From: Octopus bimaculoides
Lineage: Eukaryota
DNA: 39,982 bases
Direction of reading: 5' to 3'
NCBI RefSeq assembly: GCF_001194135.2
Contig: NC_068981.1
Coordinates: forward strand, 84,613,627 to 84,653,608
The position numbers and the translations under genes were made by a program. Under the pieces are notes generated by a model. That model saw nothing but the letters and a program-made list of their open reading frames with translations, ran no database searches and was not told the DNA's origin. This document shows positions 11,973-23,808 of this stretch, piece after piece. Each line of letters begins with the position of its first letter. The stretch's first letter is position 1.

Positions 11973-14900
11973 TCATTCAACACAATTCAATAACATTATG
12001 TTATACTGATGATTTAACACAAGTGCAGTTTTTGAAGATACGGAAGCAAAAATAGTGTAAAGAGGAATCTAACTTCTAGTAGTTTCTATTTAGTAATTTA
12101 TTATCTGTCGCACAGAACGAAACAGAACGAACTTTTGATGTCTTATATCTAATATGAAGTTAATATTTCCATTCCTATAATAGACTTAGAAAAATGGATT
12201 CGTAGTAGAGTTATTGTTGCTGTTTTTTGTTAAGACCCTGTAACAATCCATATCAAGTTTTAACTATAATGAAAGATTATTATTCGAGTTTTAACCACCC
12301 AATGTATTTTCAAACACAAGGTTCACATCTACATTAGGCAACATTTCTTCACGTTTTTTTTATGGGTAAGGTGGTGTTATTTTTCCAAATGGAAGGATGT
12401 AGTTTGAGTTTGAGGAAGATTTAGCTGCCATTTCAAGCACGGTAAGTGACAGTGTGGATGATGTTTCACATACTCATGTAGTAAAGTGTAAAATGAAATT
12501 GTGTGACATTCATTTTCAAAAGAATTAGTGATGCAAATGAAGCAATAAAAAATCGTGAACTTGTCTTGTGAGAAAACATTTTCGTAGGAGGTAGGAAAAG
12601 GCCAATGAAAATAGACCCAAAAGTGATGACTAGTATATTTAGCTGGGTACTTACAAGTAAGTACCAGGTTCATTTTTTGCCATGGTATAGTTTATTTTCA
12701 TATCCCCAGATAAGTTTCAATCAAATATATCGATCGGTTTGATTGATGATATCTCTCGCCTCAAATGAATGGCATTGTAGAAGAAATCATCAGCAAGAGT
12801 TAGATTATAAGTTATTTAGAGAGGGTGATATAGATTCTGAAAGAGAGAAATTATGAGAAAGAGAGATACTGAGTGAAAGAGACGACAGAAATGGTGAAAG
12901 GGAAAAAAAGACAGAGAAAAGGGAAGGGAGGTAATAGTGCATCAATATATGATTAAATGATTTTCTAAATAAGCCTACGGGTTTTGAATAATATATCAAA
13001 GAATATTAGGTTTATACGATCTATATAAACGGTGGCACGTATCCGATAGTTGCACCCTAATCTTATGAGTTATGAATTACTGCATTAATCATCAGAGAGG
13101 TTCAATGCGGTTCAATAACTGGATTAAGAATTCAGTAGATAGTTTTGTGTGTTCACGTGCGGATTGTTTGGTTGGTTGGTGGCATCATTAGTTACTTCAT
13201 TAGCCTTTCAATGCGATTTCTCTTTATTTGCTGCTTCATTAGTTTTGGTTAACTTGTTAGGCTTTTTTAACTGTCTTTTTTTTTCTCTCTCATTACTGGT
13301 TGATTTAGTCGGTTAATTGGTTGGGTGGTTGGTTGGGTGGCTGCTTGGTTGAATGTCGAAGTGAATAGTTTACTAGCAAGCTGATAGTTACATTTGTCAG
13401 CTCAAAGTTTCTTTACTGTCCTTCATTAGTTTTCTATTTTCTTTTATGTAAGATAATCTGTCAGAAACCTGATTAAAGTGTAAAATTTGGACTTTATTTG
13501 ATAAAAGTCTGCTTGTTAATTGCTTGGATTTTTCTTGAGACATTCGTCATTTTTTTTTTATTTATTTAGATTTTAGATATTTCGATAGATAGGATAATTC
13601 GTTTTCAATATTTGTCCTTATCCGTTAGCAGTAATGAATGTGTATGTGTGTGTATGTGTGCGCATGCGCATGTGCATTCAGTGATCATTTAAAAATATAT
13701 GTAATTTTTGAGCTGAAACACTTCAGGATAGCTGAAAACTAGTATCAATTAGGCTCCCTTTGAGTAAATAAATACGGTGATTTATCCAAACTGATTGTTT
13801 CATTTATATTTACATGAAAATCTAATAAATTACTTGTTTGTTTAACCAGGAGAATGTCAGACTATTTGATGATGTGTCGTTAAACTAAGTTAAGAGGGAA
13901 AATGCAGTAGACCATTAGCTGGAAAATATCTTTTATTTTAATGTTATGGTCAAGAGATGTCTTTGGCAAGGCATTAAACTGCATCTGGCAGTGAGGTTCC
14001 AGCTAAGAAGTTCATAAGTTTTGGATAGAATGGAGTTAATTCTCAGTCACCACTACTACTTGGTCCGCTCTGGTCAGTGCTGGTAGAACATGTCAAAAGT
14101 CAAATGATAGGTCAAATGGCAGATGATCTTATGGCTAGGAGTTACATGACTTGAAGATCTGGCCTCTTGACAAATGTCACACACACCCACAAATGTGTGA
14201 ACATGCTGTGATTTCATGTGAATAAATTCCGCTGCTTGAAGATTAAATAAGCTCTCTGACTCAAGAGTAAGGTCGACAAAGCGTAGGAATCTACCAGAGT
14301 AATCTGTAAATAAACCACCAAAATGCAGCGGCAAACCACTGCTGCATCTTTTTCCAAAGAAAAGAAAAGAAAAAAAAGAAAAAGGTGATCTCCAAACTTC
14401 TGGCACGATGGTCCATGGTTGCCGACGCTTGTATGCATGGCATATGAAGAAAGTCAGGAGATAGTAACAGTCATTGATAAGAACAATCACTTTTGGGGCC
14501 CTTTGATACCGGTGGGATTCACACAAGTAATGTTTGGTTTCTTCTTTAGAAAAAAAATATAACTAAGTCATGGAGAGAATATTGGAGTGCTAAAGAATGA
14601 CTTCACATTACAAGTCAACTGATTTTTGTGAGGTCTCAATGCAATTCAGATAGTAGGCAGCGAATTTTTGATCAATCATTTAATTTCTTAGTTTTCACGT
14701 GTCAATTAAAAGAAATTTTCGACTTCATTTTGTACATGATATCATAGTAGAGATGTTAGTTATATTTTCTACTGCATCAATCAGATATCCTACTCGTAAG
14801 ACAACGATATTGAAAAATAACCCAAAGATAACCTTTACATGAAAAACATGTAGGTAAGTTTATGCAAAACAACTTGCTATGATAAGCCGATAATGATTTT

Positions 14901-15039
14901 TAATTATCTGAAATTAAAGCTCCAATAAGGAAGGAAATTCATCCGCGTTAGCGAAAATTTTTTTATTGCAAGGCCCAAAGGAGAAAACTTCGAAAACTTT
15001 CATTGACCTAAACGTATATTAAATCAAATCACACAAAAA

Positions 15040-15821
15040 GAGTGTGGTTGATCATTAATAGCTTATGTGGCAATTTCAGAGATATTTCAGTCATAGTTCA
15101 ATTCCTCGGCGGAGCATAGAGAGAACTAAGCTACCTGGTCAACAGAGAGACTAAAAATGTATGGTTTGGGTTTGAAGAAAAATTATTAGGGCAATTTTAA
15201 AAAATGACATTGGAATGCATCCGAAAGGTACCTCCTGCATGTAAAGGCCTTGATGCAGTACCAGGCACTGGCTCTCATGGCTTCTGATCTTAACTGATTG
15301 GAGTGTTATCATGTACATGTTTTGCCTGGGCATAAAAAGACGGACTATAGAAAATATTCTGCCCAATACCACAGATTTGCTTGTCATTTGTTTAACCTTA
15401 ACCAGCTTGGCATGTCACTTTGTGGCTGGCAATATGTGCATTTCTGATCACGAGCAGAAGTAGTGGAAGAGCATCATAGCCATGTGTTGAGAGAATTCTT
15501 TGGAGTTTGAATAATTTACCTTTGGAAATATGGGTGTTTCGTTCAATATCTTTAAATAACCCTTAATCAGGAACCATTTGAGCGGGAGTGGCTACTCGAC
15601 CTGAAGAAAATTTTAACCGGGTCCCACCTGCAAGGTCATGCGCTGTTTATCTTGATATAAGATCATTATATCACGCACATATGGTTGTGATGCATGTGCT
15701 TGGTGTGCCCTTATCAGACAGGTAGTCATGATGGGTATACTGGGCTTCGTATATTTTACCCCAGTATCACTTTGATGGCATGCACTGCTCTTTCACTCAA
15801 TAATAATGATAATAATAATAA
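15040..15821 (+). mobile_element. Long (~780 bp) non-autonomous retroposon (family D) with possible tRNA-like head and (AAT)n tail
   Basis: B-box-like GTTCAATTCC near 15093 and an (aat)n tail at 15799-15821. Segment 15536-15735 is clearly homologous to 19586-19790. The 5' boundary is uncertain. Confidence 0.6.
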
Positions 15822-16605
15822 GCGCAAGATCAGAGCTTACCTACCAGAAACTACCTTGCAAACGTCCTTAAAGATGGATCTGACCCCTCGTGCAGAATTT
15901 GCGGAAAATTCACAGAGACAGTTGATCGTGTTGTTTCTGGCTGCCCAGTCCTCGCTGAAAAGGAGTACCTCATCAGACATGACAGAGTAGAGCAGTACAT
16001 CTACTGGAATGCTTGTAAATACTACAAAATTAAATCCCATGATAAGTAGTACAGGCACCATCTAGAGGATGTAGTAAATGGTGAAGGTGTCACCACCTTT
16101 TGGAACTTCCTAATACAAACAGATAGAAAAATTGACTCCAATCGACCAGACATTGTGATCAAGGACTACAACAGAGGATTGACTCCAATCGACCAGACAT
16201 TGTGATCAAGGACCCCAACAGTCTGTTTATAGATATGTCTGTCCCATAAGATCAAAATGTCTCAAGAAAGGAATACGAAAAGCTTTCTCACTATAAAGAT
16301 CTGCAAATTGAAATCACAAAAATGTGAAAGCTTAGTACTACGATAATACCAGTGGTAACTGGTGCGTTTGGAATGATAAAGAAGGGAGCAGAGAAGTATA
16401 TTAAGCAACTCCCTGGTAACGCCAATCTCTCTGAACAACAAAAGATAACCTTGATGAGTACAGCCCATATACTACCGAAAGCACTCTCCATCTAAAATGG
16501 ATAATTGTTGTGAAAATTTTAGCATGCATAGCAAAAGAAAAGTGCCTTTGCTACTCTTGGCCTCCGGAGGATGGCCGGTACTAAGGTAGCTGAAATAAAG
16601 TTATA
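15822..16605 (+). mobile_element. 5'-truncated R4/Dong-like RLE non-LTR retrotransposon (CCHC knuckle + PD-(D/E)xK endonuclease + 3' UTR)
   Basis: AQDQSLPTRNYL..CRICGKFTETVDRVVSGC..RHDRV..NRPDIVIKD..FIDMSVP..EKLSHYKDLQIEI..IPVVTGAFG..LPKALSI* (stop 16493-16495), with in-frame stops. Confidence 0.9.
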
Positions 16606-16614
16606 ATGAATGGA

Positions 16615-16715
16615 AACTCATTTTATCGCCCCTGAAATGATGAAAAATAAAGTCTACCTCGGTGGAATGTGAACTCAAAGCGCAAAGATGGACGAACGCT
16701 ATTAAGCATTTTATC
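16615..16715 (-). mobile_element. Family-A SINE fragment
   Basis: ttttatcgcccctgaaatgatgaaaaataaagtctacctcggtggaatgtgaactca matches the family-A central and B-box region. Confidence 0.6.
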
Positions 16716-17644
16716 TTAAGACTATAAGTTGTGATTAAACTCTCAAGCTACTAACTCAGCAATGAATGATTTTCGTTAATGCACGTCTGTACTAGTCAGC
16801 ATATACGTTATTGTTAATTCATGTTAATACTAGTCAACATCTCACGTCTGGCTCTCCTTTTAAGCTACCTTTTGATTATATAGCTTTTATCTTCCCATAA
16901 GCTAAGACAACACAATAGGTAACGAGCTGTAATCAATTCAGACTGTATTCAATGAAACGCTTGTAGTTTCCCATTGATTGTCGTATTACAATTCTGTTCT
17001 GTATGAAGTATATAGCAAACTCGATTTTGTAGCTTGTTGAGGATGTTTTTATCTCTGGATATTCATGATTAAAAACCAATATCCATAGATTTTTTAGGTC
17101 AACAGAATGTCAATTGAAGGGCTCTTGGTTCATATCATGTACCCGGTAATTCTCTTAGATGAGAGATTTTATCAATCACCTGATTTAACAGCTCCACCAT
17201 TAGGTCCTTCTCATTCTTAGGATTGGGTCTCTGATCTAAGGATAACATCCTACTTTTCTCCAAGCTATATCAGGGTCCCAGAGAAAAGTTCACTAGTGTT
17301 ACCTTTCTACTTTCAATTAAGTCGAGTAAAAATATTTTTAAAAGTCCCTGCCCATGGCTAAAACACTTCACTTTTAATTCATGTAGGTCAGCCTAAATAT
17401 ATACCGACGAGTTTACAACTTAATAGTCAATAAGATTACAGAAGGACTGCTCAGTGAAATGTTACTCTACAGTGCTCATTTTTAAATTGCATTGGAGTTT
17501 GAGAAGGCAAATGATGAAATGAATAAAGTTTAAGTTTTCACCTGGGCCCTTTATGACTTGTAAGACGTTTCTTGATATTAATGAAGCAATATGATATACC
17601 AGCAGAACATCCTATTAAATTAAATGGTTTCTACTTTAAGTTCA

Positions 17645-17960
17645 ATGCCAGAAATTATGAGGTAGAGGAAGTAGTCGATCCTATCTACCCCAGAACTTGA
17701 TTTGAACTTTAATTTAGTCGGCTGCAGAAAGATGAAAGGGCAAGTTGAACAACTATAGGGGTACGTTCAGCATATTATTACAACTTAGCGCAAGATCTTA
17801 TATAATATTGTTGGTTCAAATGTTTGCCCCAGTGCTCAAGTGGGATCAGAAGGACGAAAGGGAAAGTCGACCTCAGAGGCATTTCAACTCAGAAACTAAT
17901 ACAGGAAAATGTCGCTAAACATTTTGTCTGGCGAGATAACAATTCTGCGCGTTCACATAA
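17645..17960 (-). mobile_element. Two degraded family-A SINE fragments
   Basis: aagatgaaagggcaagttgaac and ggacgaaagggaaagtcgacctcagaggcatttcaactcagaa..gctaaacattttgtctggcg. Confidence 0.55.
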
Positions 17961-18349
17961 GTAATATATAATAAATAGGGAAATAAATTTTTAAAAAGGA
18001 TCATTAAAATGAGTATATTCTTGCAATTAATAGACGAAACTTTACTTTAGGACTGTTTAAAATTTAAATATAATAGTACATACACGATGGATAAATAGAA
18101 AAGTTCACCTAAACCAAAACTTGGAAAATAAAGGTGCTGCTGATTGAAGTCGGATTTTGTCTGTATTGACAACTGGTTAAAGCAACAAATAGGTTTTATA
18201 TCTCTTCAGCGAAGCATATTTAACATATTAAATGATTAGTATCATCAGTAAATCGAAGTGTTCGTCAGCTCATTCTGTTCTTTCACACATCATACTCTAC
18301 ATGTGATTATATACATTACATTCGTTTCAGTTCATTTCGAACATAATCT

Positions 18350-18520
18350 TTATCTTTTATCTTCTACCCGTTTCAGTCATTGAACTGCGCCATTCAAGGG
18401 TACCGCCTTGGAGAGTGTAGTCGCTCAAACCGTCCCTAATACTTATATTTTAAGTCGGGTACTTTTTCTATCGGTCTCTTTGTCGAACTCTTAAGTTATG
18501 GAGTACGTAAGCAAACATAG
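18350..18520 (-). mobile_element. Family-B SINE 3' half, diverged
   Basis: tttatcttttatc..gtttcagtcatt..ctgcgccat..taccgcctt..ttctatcggtctctttgtcgaac aligns to the 39808-39982 copy. Confidence 0.7.
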
Positions 18521-18561
18521 AAAAACGCCACACATACTGGAGGGTCAACCTTTAAAACGAG

Positions 18562-19139
18562 CAAGTGTCTCCGCTGTGCCGCATCTGTAATAGGGTGGAT
18601 GAAACCATTACCCGTATCACAAACGAATGCCCTAGACTTACACAAAACCACTACAAGTTATGGCAAAATGATCAGGTAGCGAAAGCGCTACATTAGAAAC
18701 TCGGCGAAAATTGGGGGCTAAAGTGAGGCAAGACGTGATATGAGCACAAACCACAGAGTGTGGCGGAGTTGGAGACTAGCAAAACCTCTTGGATTTTCCA
18801 ATCCAAACAGTTCAGGTGCTATAGCATAACAGACCAGACCTAGTGGTGGTTCACAAGATGCATCGCACGTGTTATATAGTTGATGTTGCATACTCCTTTG
18901 AACCACGAATATTCAAGAAGGAAGGCGAAAAAATAGATAAATAAAACCCTCATAAGTACGAAATAGCCCGGCAATGGAAAATGAAGAAGGTGAAGATAGT
19001 GCCAATTAATGTTGGGTCCTTGGGAACAGTATCAGAAGGCATCAAGAGGAATATCAAGGAAATTGAGATCCCAGTAGAACTGTAGCAAAAGTTTTGCCTC
19101 TCTGGCACGGCCAGAATAGTCAGGGATGTATTAAAATAA
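18562..19139 (+). mobile_element. Second, distinct R4/Dong-like RLE retrotransposon fragment
   Basis: QVSPLCRICNRVDETITRITNECP..NDQVAKALH..DFPIQT..HNRPDLVVV..CYIVDVAY..EKIDK..IVPINVGSLGTV..GTARIVRDVL. Multiple stops, many at Trp-like positions. Confidence 0.88.
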
Positions 19140-19404
19140 AAAAAATAAATGCGCCCTTTTAAAGCCTAGCCAGGCTCATGGGCCCGGTTTCTCGGTTTCA
19201 ATGGCGTATGTGTTCCCCAGGTGGATGGGACGCCAGTCCATCGCAGCGTTACTCATTTTTGCCAGCTGAGTGGACTGGAGCAACGTGAAATGAAGTGTTT
19301 TGCTCAAGAACACAACGCATCGCCCGGTCCAGGAATCGAAACCACGGACGAAATACTGCTACGCATTTTGTCCGGCGTGCTAACGATTCTGTCAGCTCGC
19401 TACC
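19140..19404 (-). mobile_element. Family-C SINE body (19140-19345) fused to a family-A head (19346-19404)
   Basis: Minus strand: ggtagcgagctgacagaatcgttagcacgccgg..atttcgtcc | gtggtttcgattcctgg..ttcttgagcaaaacacttc (CORE-like)..gcgatggactggcgtcccatcc..tttatttttt tail. Confidence 0.75.
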
Positions 19405-19410
19405 TTAATA

Positions 19411-19585
19411 ATTATATAATAATAATAATAATAATAATAATTCTTTCTACTTTAGACACAAGGCCTGAATTTTTGTGGGGAGGTCAATCGCATCGACGCC
19501 AGTACTCAACTGTTACTTAATTTATTAACCCCGAAAGGTAAAGTCGATCTCGGCGGAATTTGAACTCAGAATATAGCAGCAGACG
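19411..19585 (-). mobile_element. Family-A SINE body with (ATT)n tail
   Basis: Matches the 4501-4690 unit; (aat)n at 19411-19440; truncated at 19585 where family D begins. Confidence 0.8.
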
Positions 19586-19785
19586 GTGTTTCGTTCAATA
19601 TCCTTTAAACAACCTTTATTCATGGACCTTTTGAGCGGAATGGGCTACGCGCCTTACGAAAATTCTAACAGGGCCCCACCTGCAAGGTCATGAACTGTTT
19701 ATCTTGATATAGATCAATATGTCGCGCGCATATGGTTGTGATGTATGTGCCTGGTGTACTCTTATCAGACGAGTAGTCATGATGG

Positions 19786-19855
<70 letters not shown>
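19586..19855 (+). mobile_element. Family-D fragment ending in (AAT)~21
   Basis: gtgtttcgttcaatatc..ccacctgcaaggtcatg..cttatcagac..gtagtcatgatgg is homologous to 15536-15735. Confidence 0.8.
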
Positions 19856-19943
19856 TCTTTCTAGTGTAAGCACAAGGTATGCAATTTTACAGTCCATTGG
19901 CTGTTTAAGAAGTGTGTTTGTAAGAAGTGTGTGTTCAAAGTCT

Positions 19944-20318
19944 GGCAGTGTGGTAAGAAGTTTCTTTCACAACCATATGGTTCTGGGAAAAATCCTACAA
20001 GTTTTTTCTACTATGGACTATGGACCAAAGTCTTTTGTGAGTGGTAGACGGAAACTGAAAGAATCTCCTCATATATGTGTTTGTGTGCATGCACGCGTGT
20101 GTGTTTGTGTGTGTATGTGTGTGCATGCGCACGTGTGTGTTTGTGTGTGTCTGTGTTTGTCCTACACCACAGCTTGACAATTGGTATTGGTGTGTCTATG
20201 TCCCCGTAACATGGCGATTCTGCAAAACGAATGCGATATAAGTACCAGATCAAAATTCTTGAAGGCAGTGCTCCAGCATTGCCGCAGTCTAATGACTGAA
20301 ATCGATAAAAGAAGAAGG
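19944..20318 (+). mobile_element. Family-B CORE-like SINE, near full length, diverged
   Basis: ggcagtgtggtaagaag head, gtagacggaaactgaaagaa, internal (GT)-rich tract and gctccagcattgccgcagtctaatgactgaaa 3' end. Confidence 0.85.
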
Positions 20319-20333
20319 ATATATGTATAGATA

Positions 20334-20529
20334 TACTCTTTACTCTTTACTCTTTTACTTGTTTCAGTCATTTGACTGTGGCCATGCTGGAGCACCGCCT
20401 TTAGTCGAGCAAATCGAGACCAGGACTTATTCTTTGAAAGCTTAGTACTTATTCTATCGATCACTTTTGCCGAACCGCTAATGTTACGGGGACGTAAACA
20501 CACCAGCATCGGTTGTCACACAGACTTAT

Positions 20530-20560
<31 letters not shown>

Positions 20561-20685
20561 CATACATACGACGGGCTTCTTTCAGTTTCCGTCTACCAAA
20601 TCCACTCACAAGGCTTTGATCGGCCCGAGGCTATAGTAGAAGACACTTGCCCAAGATGCCACGCAATGGGACTGAACCCGGAACC
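20334..20685 (-). mobile_element. Family-B CORE-like SINE, younger copy, head lost at a 10-N gap
   Basis: Minus strand ggttccgggttcagtccc (B-box), ggcatcttgggcaagtgtcttc (CORE-like CTTGGGCAAGT) and an (agagtaa)n tail. Confidence 0.9.
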
Positions 20686-20695
20686 NNNNNNNNNN

Positions 20696-20751
<56 letters not shown>

Positions 20752-20754
<3 letters not shown>

Positions 20755-20803
20755 TAAGTAGCTTGCTTACAAACCTCATGGTTCCGGATTCAGTCCCACT
20801 GCG
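20752..20803 (+). mobile_element. Family-B SINE head fragment
   Basis: ggtaagtagcttgcttac..catggttccggattcagtcccactgcgt. Confidence 0.75.
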
Positions 20804-21987
20804 TATATATAGGTAGGTATGTATGTATACATGTGTGTATGTATGCATGCATGCATGCATGCATACATACATATATACATACATGTATACATACATGTAT
20901 TTACACATAAATATATACAGTATATGAAAACACAGTCCGTACTCAAAATTTCCTTTTCGATCTTTGGGTAAAAGTAGAAGCAAAAATAGAGGTCATTTGC
21001 CCACCCTGCTACGGTGTAGACGCGAAATCAGAACCACGGGGATATGAAGCGAACTTCTAAACGATGGAAGCCATCAGTTACGTTATTAACAATAAATACA
21101 GTAATACCGCGTGTTATATTAATAGAACATAGGCGGACGTATGACTGAATTAAACTTCGAACCCGCGACTATAAACCATTGAATTAGTCATCTAACCAAT
21201 CTTATTAAGTACGCTACCGCAGAAACACCTGGTTTAACTTTGTGGTTTTATATTGATTTCCGCATTCAGACTTACGGCACAGAATAGCCGTGAGAATTAT
21301 GCATAAACCAGCAATACAGTGGACGACATTTTATTCCCAATGAACGTTATATAATAGTCTTATTTTCAAGTATCAGAGACTTAAATATCGTGGGATAATA
21401 GTAGTGTTTCACATAGGTCATCTGACAATGCAATATCCGTTTACAAGTACAGTAGAGAGATCTTGCTTTCCATCTAAAAATTTTAAATATGTTCTTGACA
21501 GTAACGATTCACCTTACGATATTTTAGCTCCTCTTTAGAAGATCGATGATTTGAGTGAAATTTCAGCTATTTTGCCAAACTAATTTCGTGAAGACTATAG
21601 ATTTAAGACTACTGTGATATAAAATATCAAAGATGAATTATTATCCATATCAGTATAGACAAGAGATTATGCATGAGTATTTATACGCATGCTTATATAT
21701 GCGTGTATGACTGCGCGCGCGTGTATGTGTGTGTTTGCGTGTGTGTGTGTGGATATTCATTCGTAAAATATACACCACATGTGTGTAAATGTGTGTGTGT
21801 GTGTGTGTGTGTGTAAACGCATTATTTTCAGCATGCTCTCTCGCATATACATGCATTTATACACACAAATGCATATACATATGTATAAATATATACATGA
21901 ATGTGCGTATGTGTACGTTTATGCATGTATGTATATATAGATACATATTATTGTCCGTATGCATGTATACATACGTGTGTATGTATG

Positions 21988-22401
21988 TCATTATTCAGTT
22001 TATTTCAAGATTTCTTGCCAATAGAGAAAGAACTGGTTTCTAACCTAGATGCAAGGCTCTTTCATTAGGATTTCAACATCAACAACAGGGTATTTTTTTT
22101 TTTTTTGTATGTATGTATGTATGTATGTAAGTAGGATCTGAAGTCTTCGAATTAGCTTTCTCCTTTCTGGTTTTGAGAAGCCTAATTTCTCAAGATTGGT
22201 ATTTAGGCAGTATATTACATAAGCCAATAATTACAGGTATAAACCTGAACTTGTAATGTGGATGGAGTAACTGCAGATTTCTCAATAGTTCATCATAGGT
22301 GTTCTCTTTTTTCACTGATCTTCAGCTTTATGCTAACATCTGCTGGGCAGCTAATTTCCGCAACTGCTCACAGTTTCTCTTTATCCCAAATCATTATATC
22401 A
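21988..22401 (-). mobile_element. RLE non-LTR family E, copy 1 (5'-truncated, internal deletion)
   Basis: Minus strand DIMIWD-KEKL..EISCPADVSIKLKISEK..YKFRFIPVIIG..NTNLEKLGFSKPERRKLIRRLQI; 3' end ..aataatga|catacatac. Confidence 0.85.
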
Positions 22402-23771
22402 TGTATGTATGCATGTATGTATGTATGTATGTATGTATGTATGTATGCATGTGTGTGTATTGCCGGTGTATATACATGTGTCTGTGAACAAGTGTGTACA
22501 AAAATCCGCATATATGCCCACGTTTGTGTGCGTATGTGTGTTTCAGTGTATATGTATGAAGCAGATTTTCTTTCAAGCATGGTACATTGAAAGCACCACT
22601 CTCTTCGAACTTCATCTCGTTTATCAGTGGCTTTTTGTATTACCTTAATAGTCCTCAGTGTTTTTAGCTCTGGGCAATAACATTTCTAAATCCAGTAACG
22701 TTATCACCGTCATCTGAATGAATTGTTGATTATGGTGCTCGTTACCGATTTTGTACCAGGAGGCAACAGGTATTTGGAACGATGGTATAACTACGAACGT
22801 CCATGGAAGCTGAGTCACATTCCGTTTTCTTTACGTCACCATAAATAACTAGATTGCTTGGTGGTGTTTCTTTGTTTCTAGTGTTTTTTCTGCGCGAAGT
22901 TTCGAAAGGAGTGTAAAGGATAGCCGCAACGGAATTGATATTGATATGTAGGCATTGCAGATGTAGTTTGATAAATATGCATGTGTATGCAATATTGCAC
23001 TTAAAACATTACAAGTTAAGCGGCACAGTCGAAGGTTGAAGTTGCATCTTTTATAGATTCTATACCATCTTTCTCTCGTAAGTTAAGCTAGAATTATGGC
23101 ATGATTCTTCTTCAAATCGGTTGGTCATCTCCATGATGCATTTGCCTTCCAGCGAAATTTATTATAAACAATAAGGAGATAAGCTCTGACATTTAATAAT
23201 GATATGTGTGTGTGTTGTGTGCATTAAGTGTGTGCATAATTAATCATCAGTTATGTTCCAAGTTCACAACCGACGCTGGAGCTAGGGATCCGTATTAGGC
23301 TTCCGAGTTAGCAGCTATATATCATATTAGAGGGAAAAGGACAACAAAAACCAAGGTAGGACAAGTATCTCAAGTCATTTAGAATATTTAATTAGTGTAA
23401 GGTTAATTTGAAGACTTACAGCTGTTTTTTGGATATCCCAAGTGAGAGGCTAGCATGTCCGTACACTGAGTATTCCGTCATCAGAGACAAGGTGAGTATG
23501 TATGAAAGATCTAGACAGGGAAATTCACAGTTTGTAAGGAATAAAATAGTAGATAGAAGAATAAAGAGTAAAACAGTAGATAGAATACAGACAGATGATT
23601 AAAGACAGGAGTATAAAGTTCACAACTCATACATATACACACACACACACATATATATATGCATGCATATACCCAGCGATAGCACGAGTAATTGATACCG
23701 ATAGTAAATCCGGATACTACGGATACTATTATCCCTTAGACGGTTATTGCAACCGCTAACTTTGCTTGCCT

Positions 23772-23808
<37 letters not shown>

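Noticed and set aside
12380-12670. Broken plus-strand frames that look coding-like
   Set aside because: No recognisable motif; cannot be assigned without a homology search.
14074-14526. 150-aa minus-strand ORF (MCESHRY..)
   Set aside because: No domain recognised and it crosses a low-complexity A/G tract; may be a repeat but there is no second copy in the window.
17080-17410. Minus-strand frame of ~100 codons with few stops
   Set aside because: Possibly a decayed TE ORF, but no diagnostic motif is recognisable.
20660-20803. Head-to-head inverted SINE B-box segments across the 10-N gap
   Set aside because: Orientation and distance across a scaffold gap are unreliable, so no structural claim is made.
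23422-23491. Plus-strand TTACAG|..|GTGAGT candidate exon (CFLDIPSERLACPYTEYSVIRDK)
   Set aside because: Poor polypyrimidine tract, no recognisable protein, and opposite strand to the other exon candidate; such pairs occur by chance.
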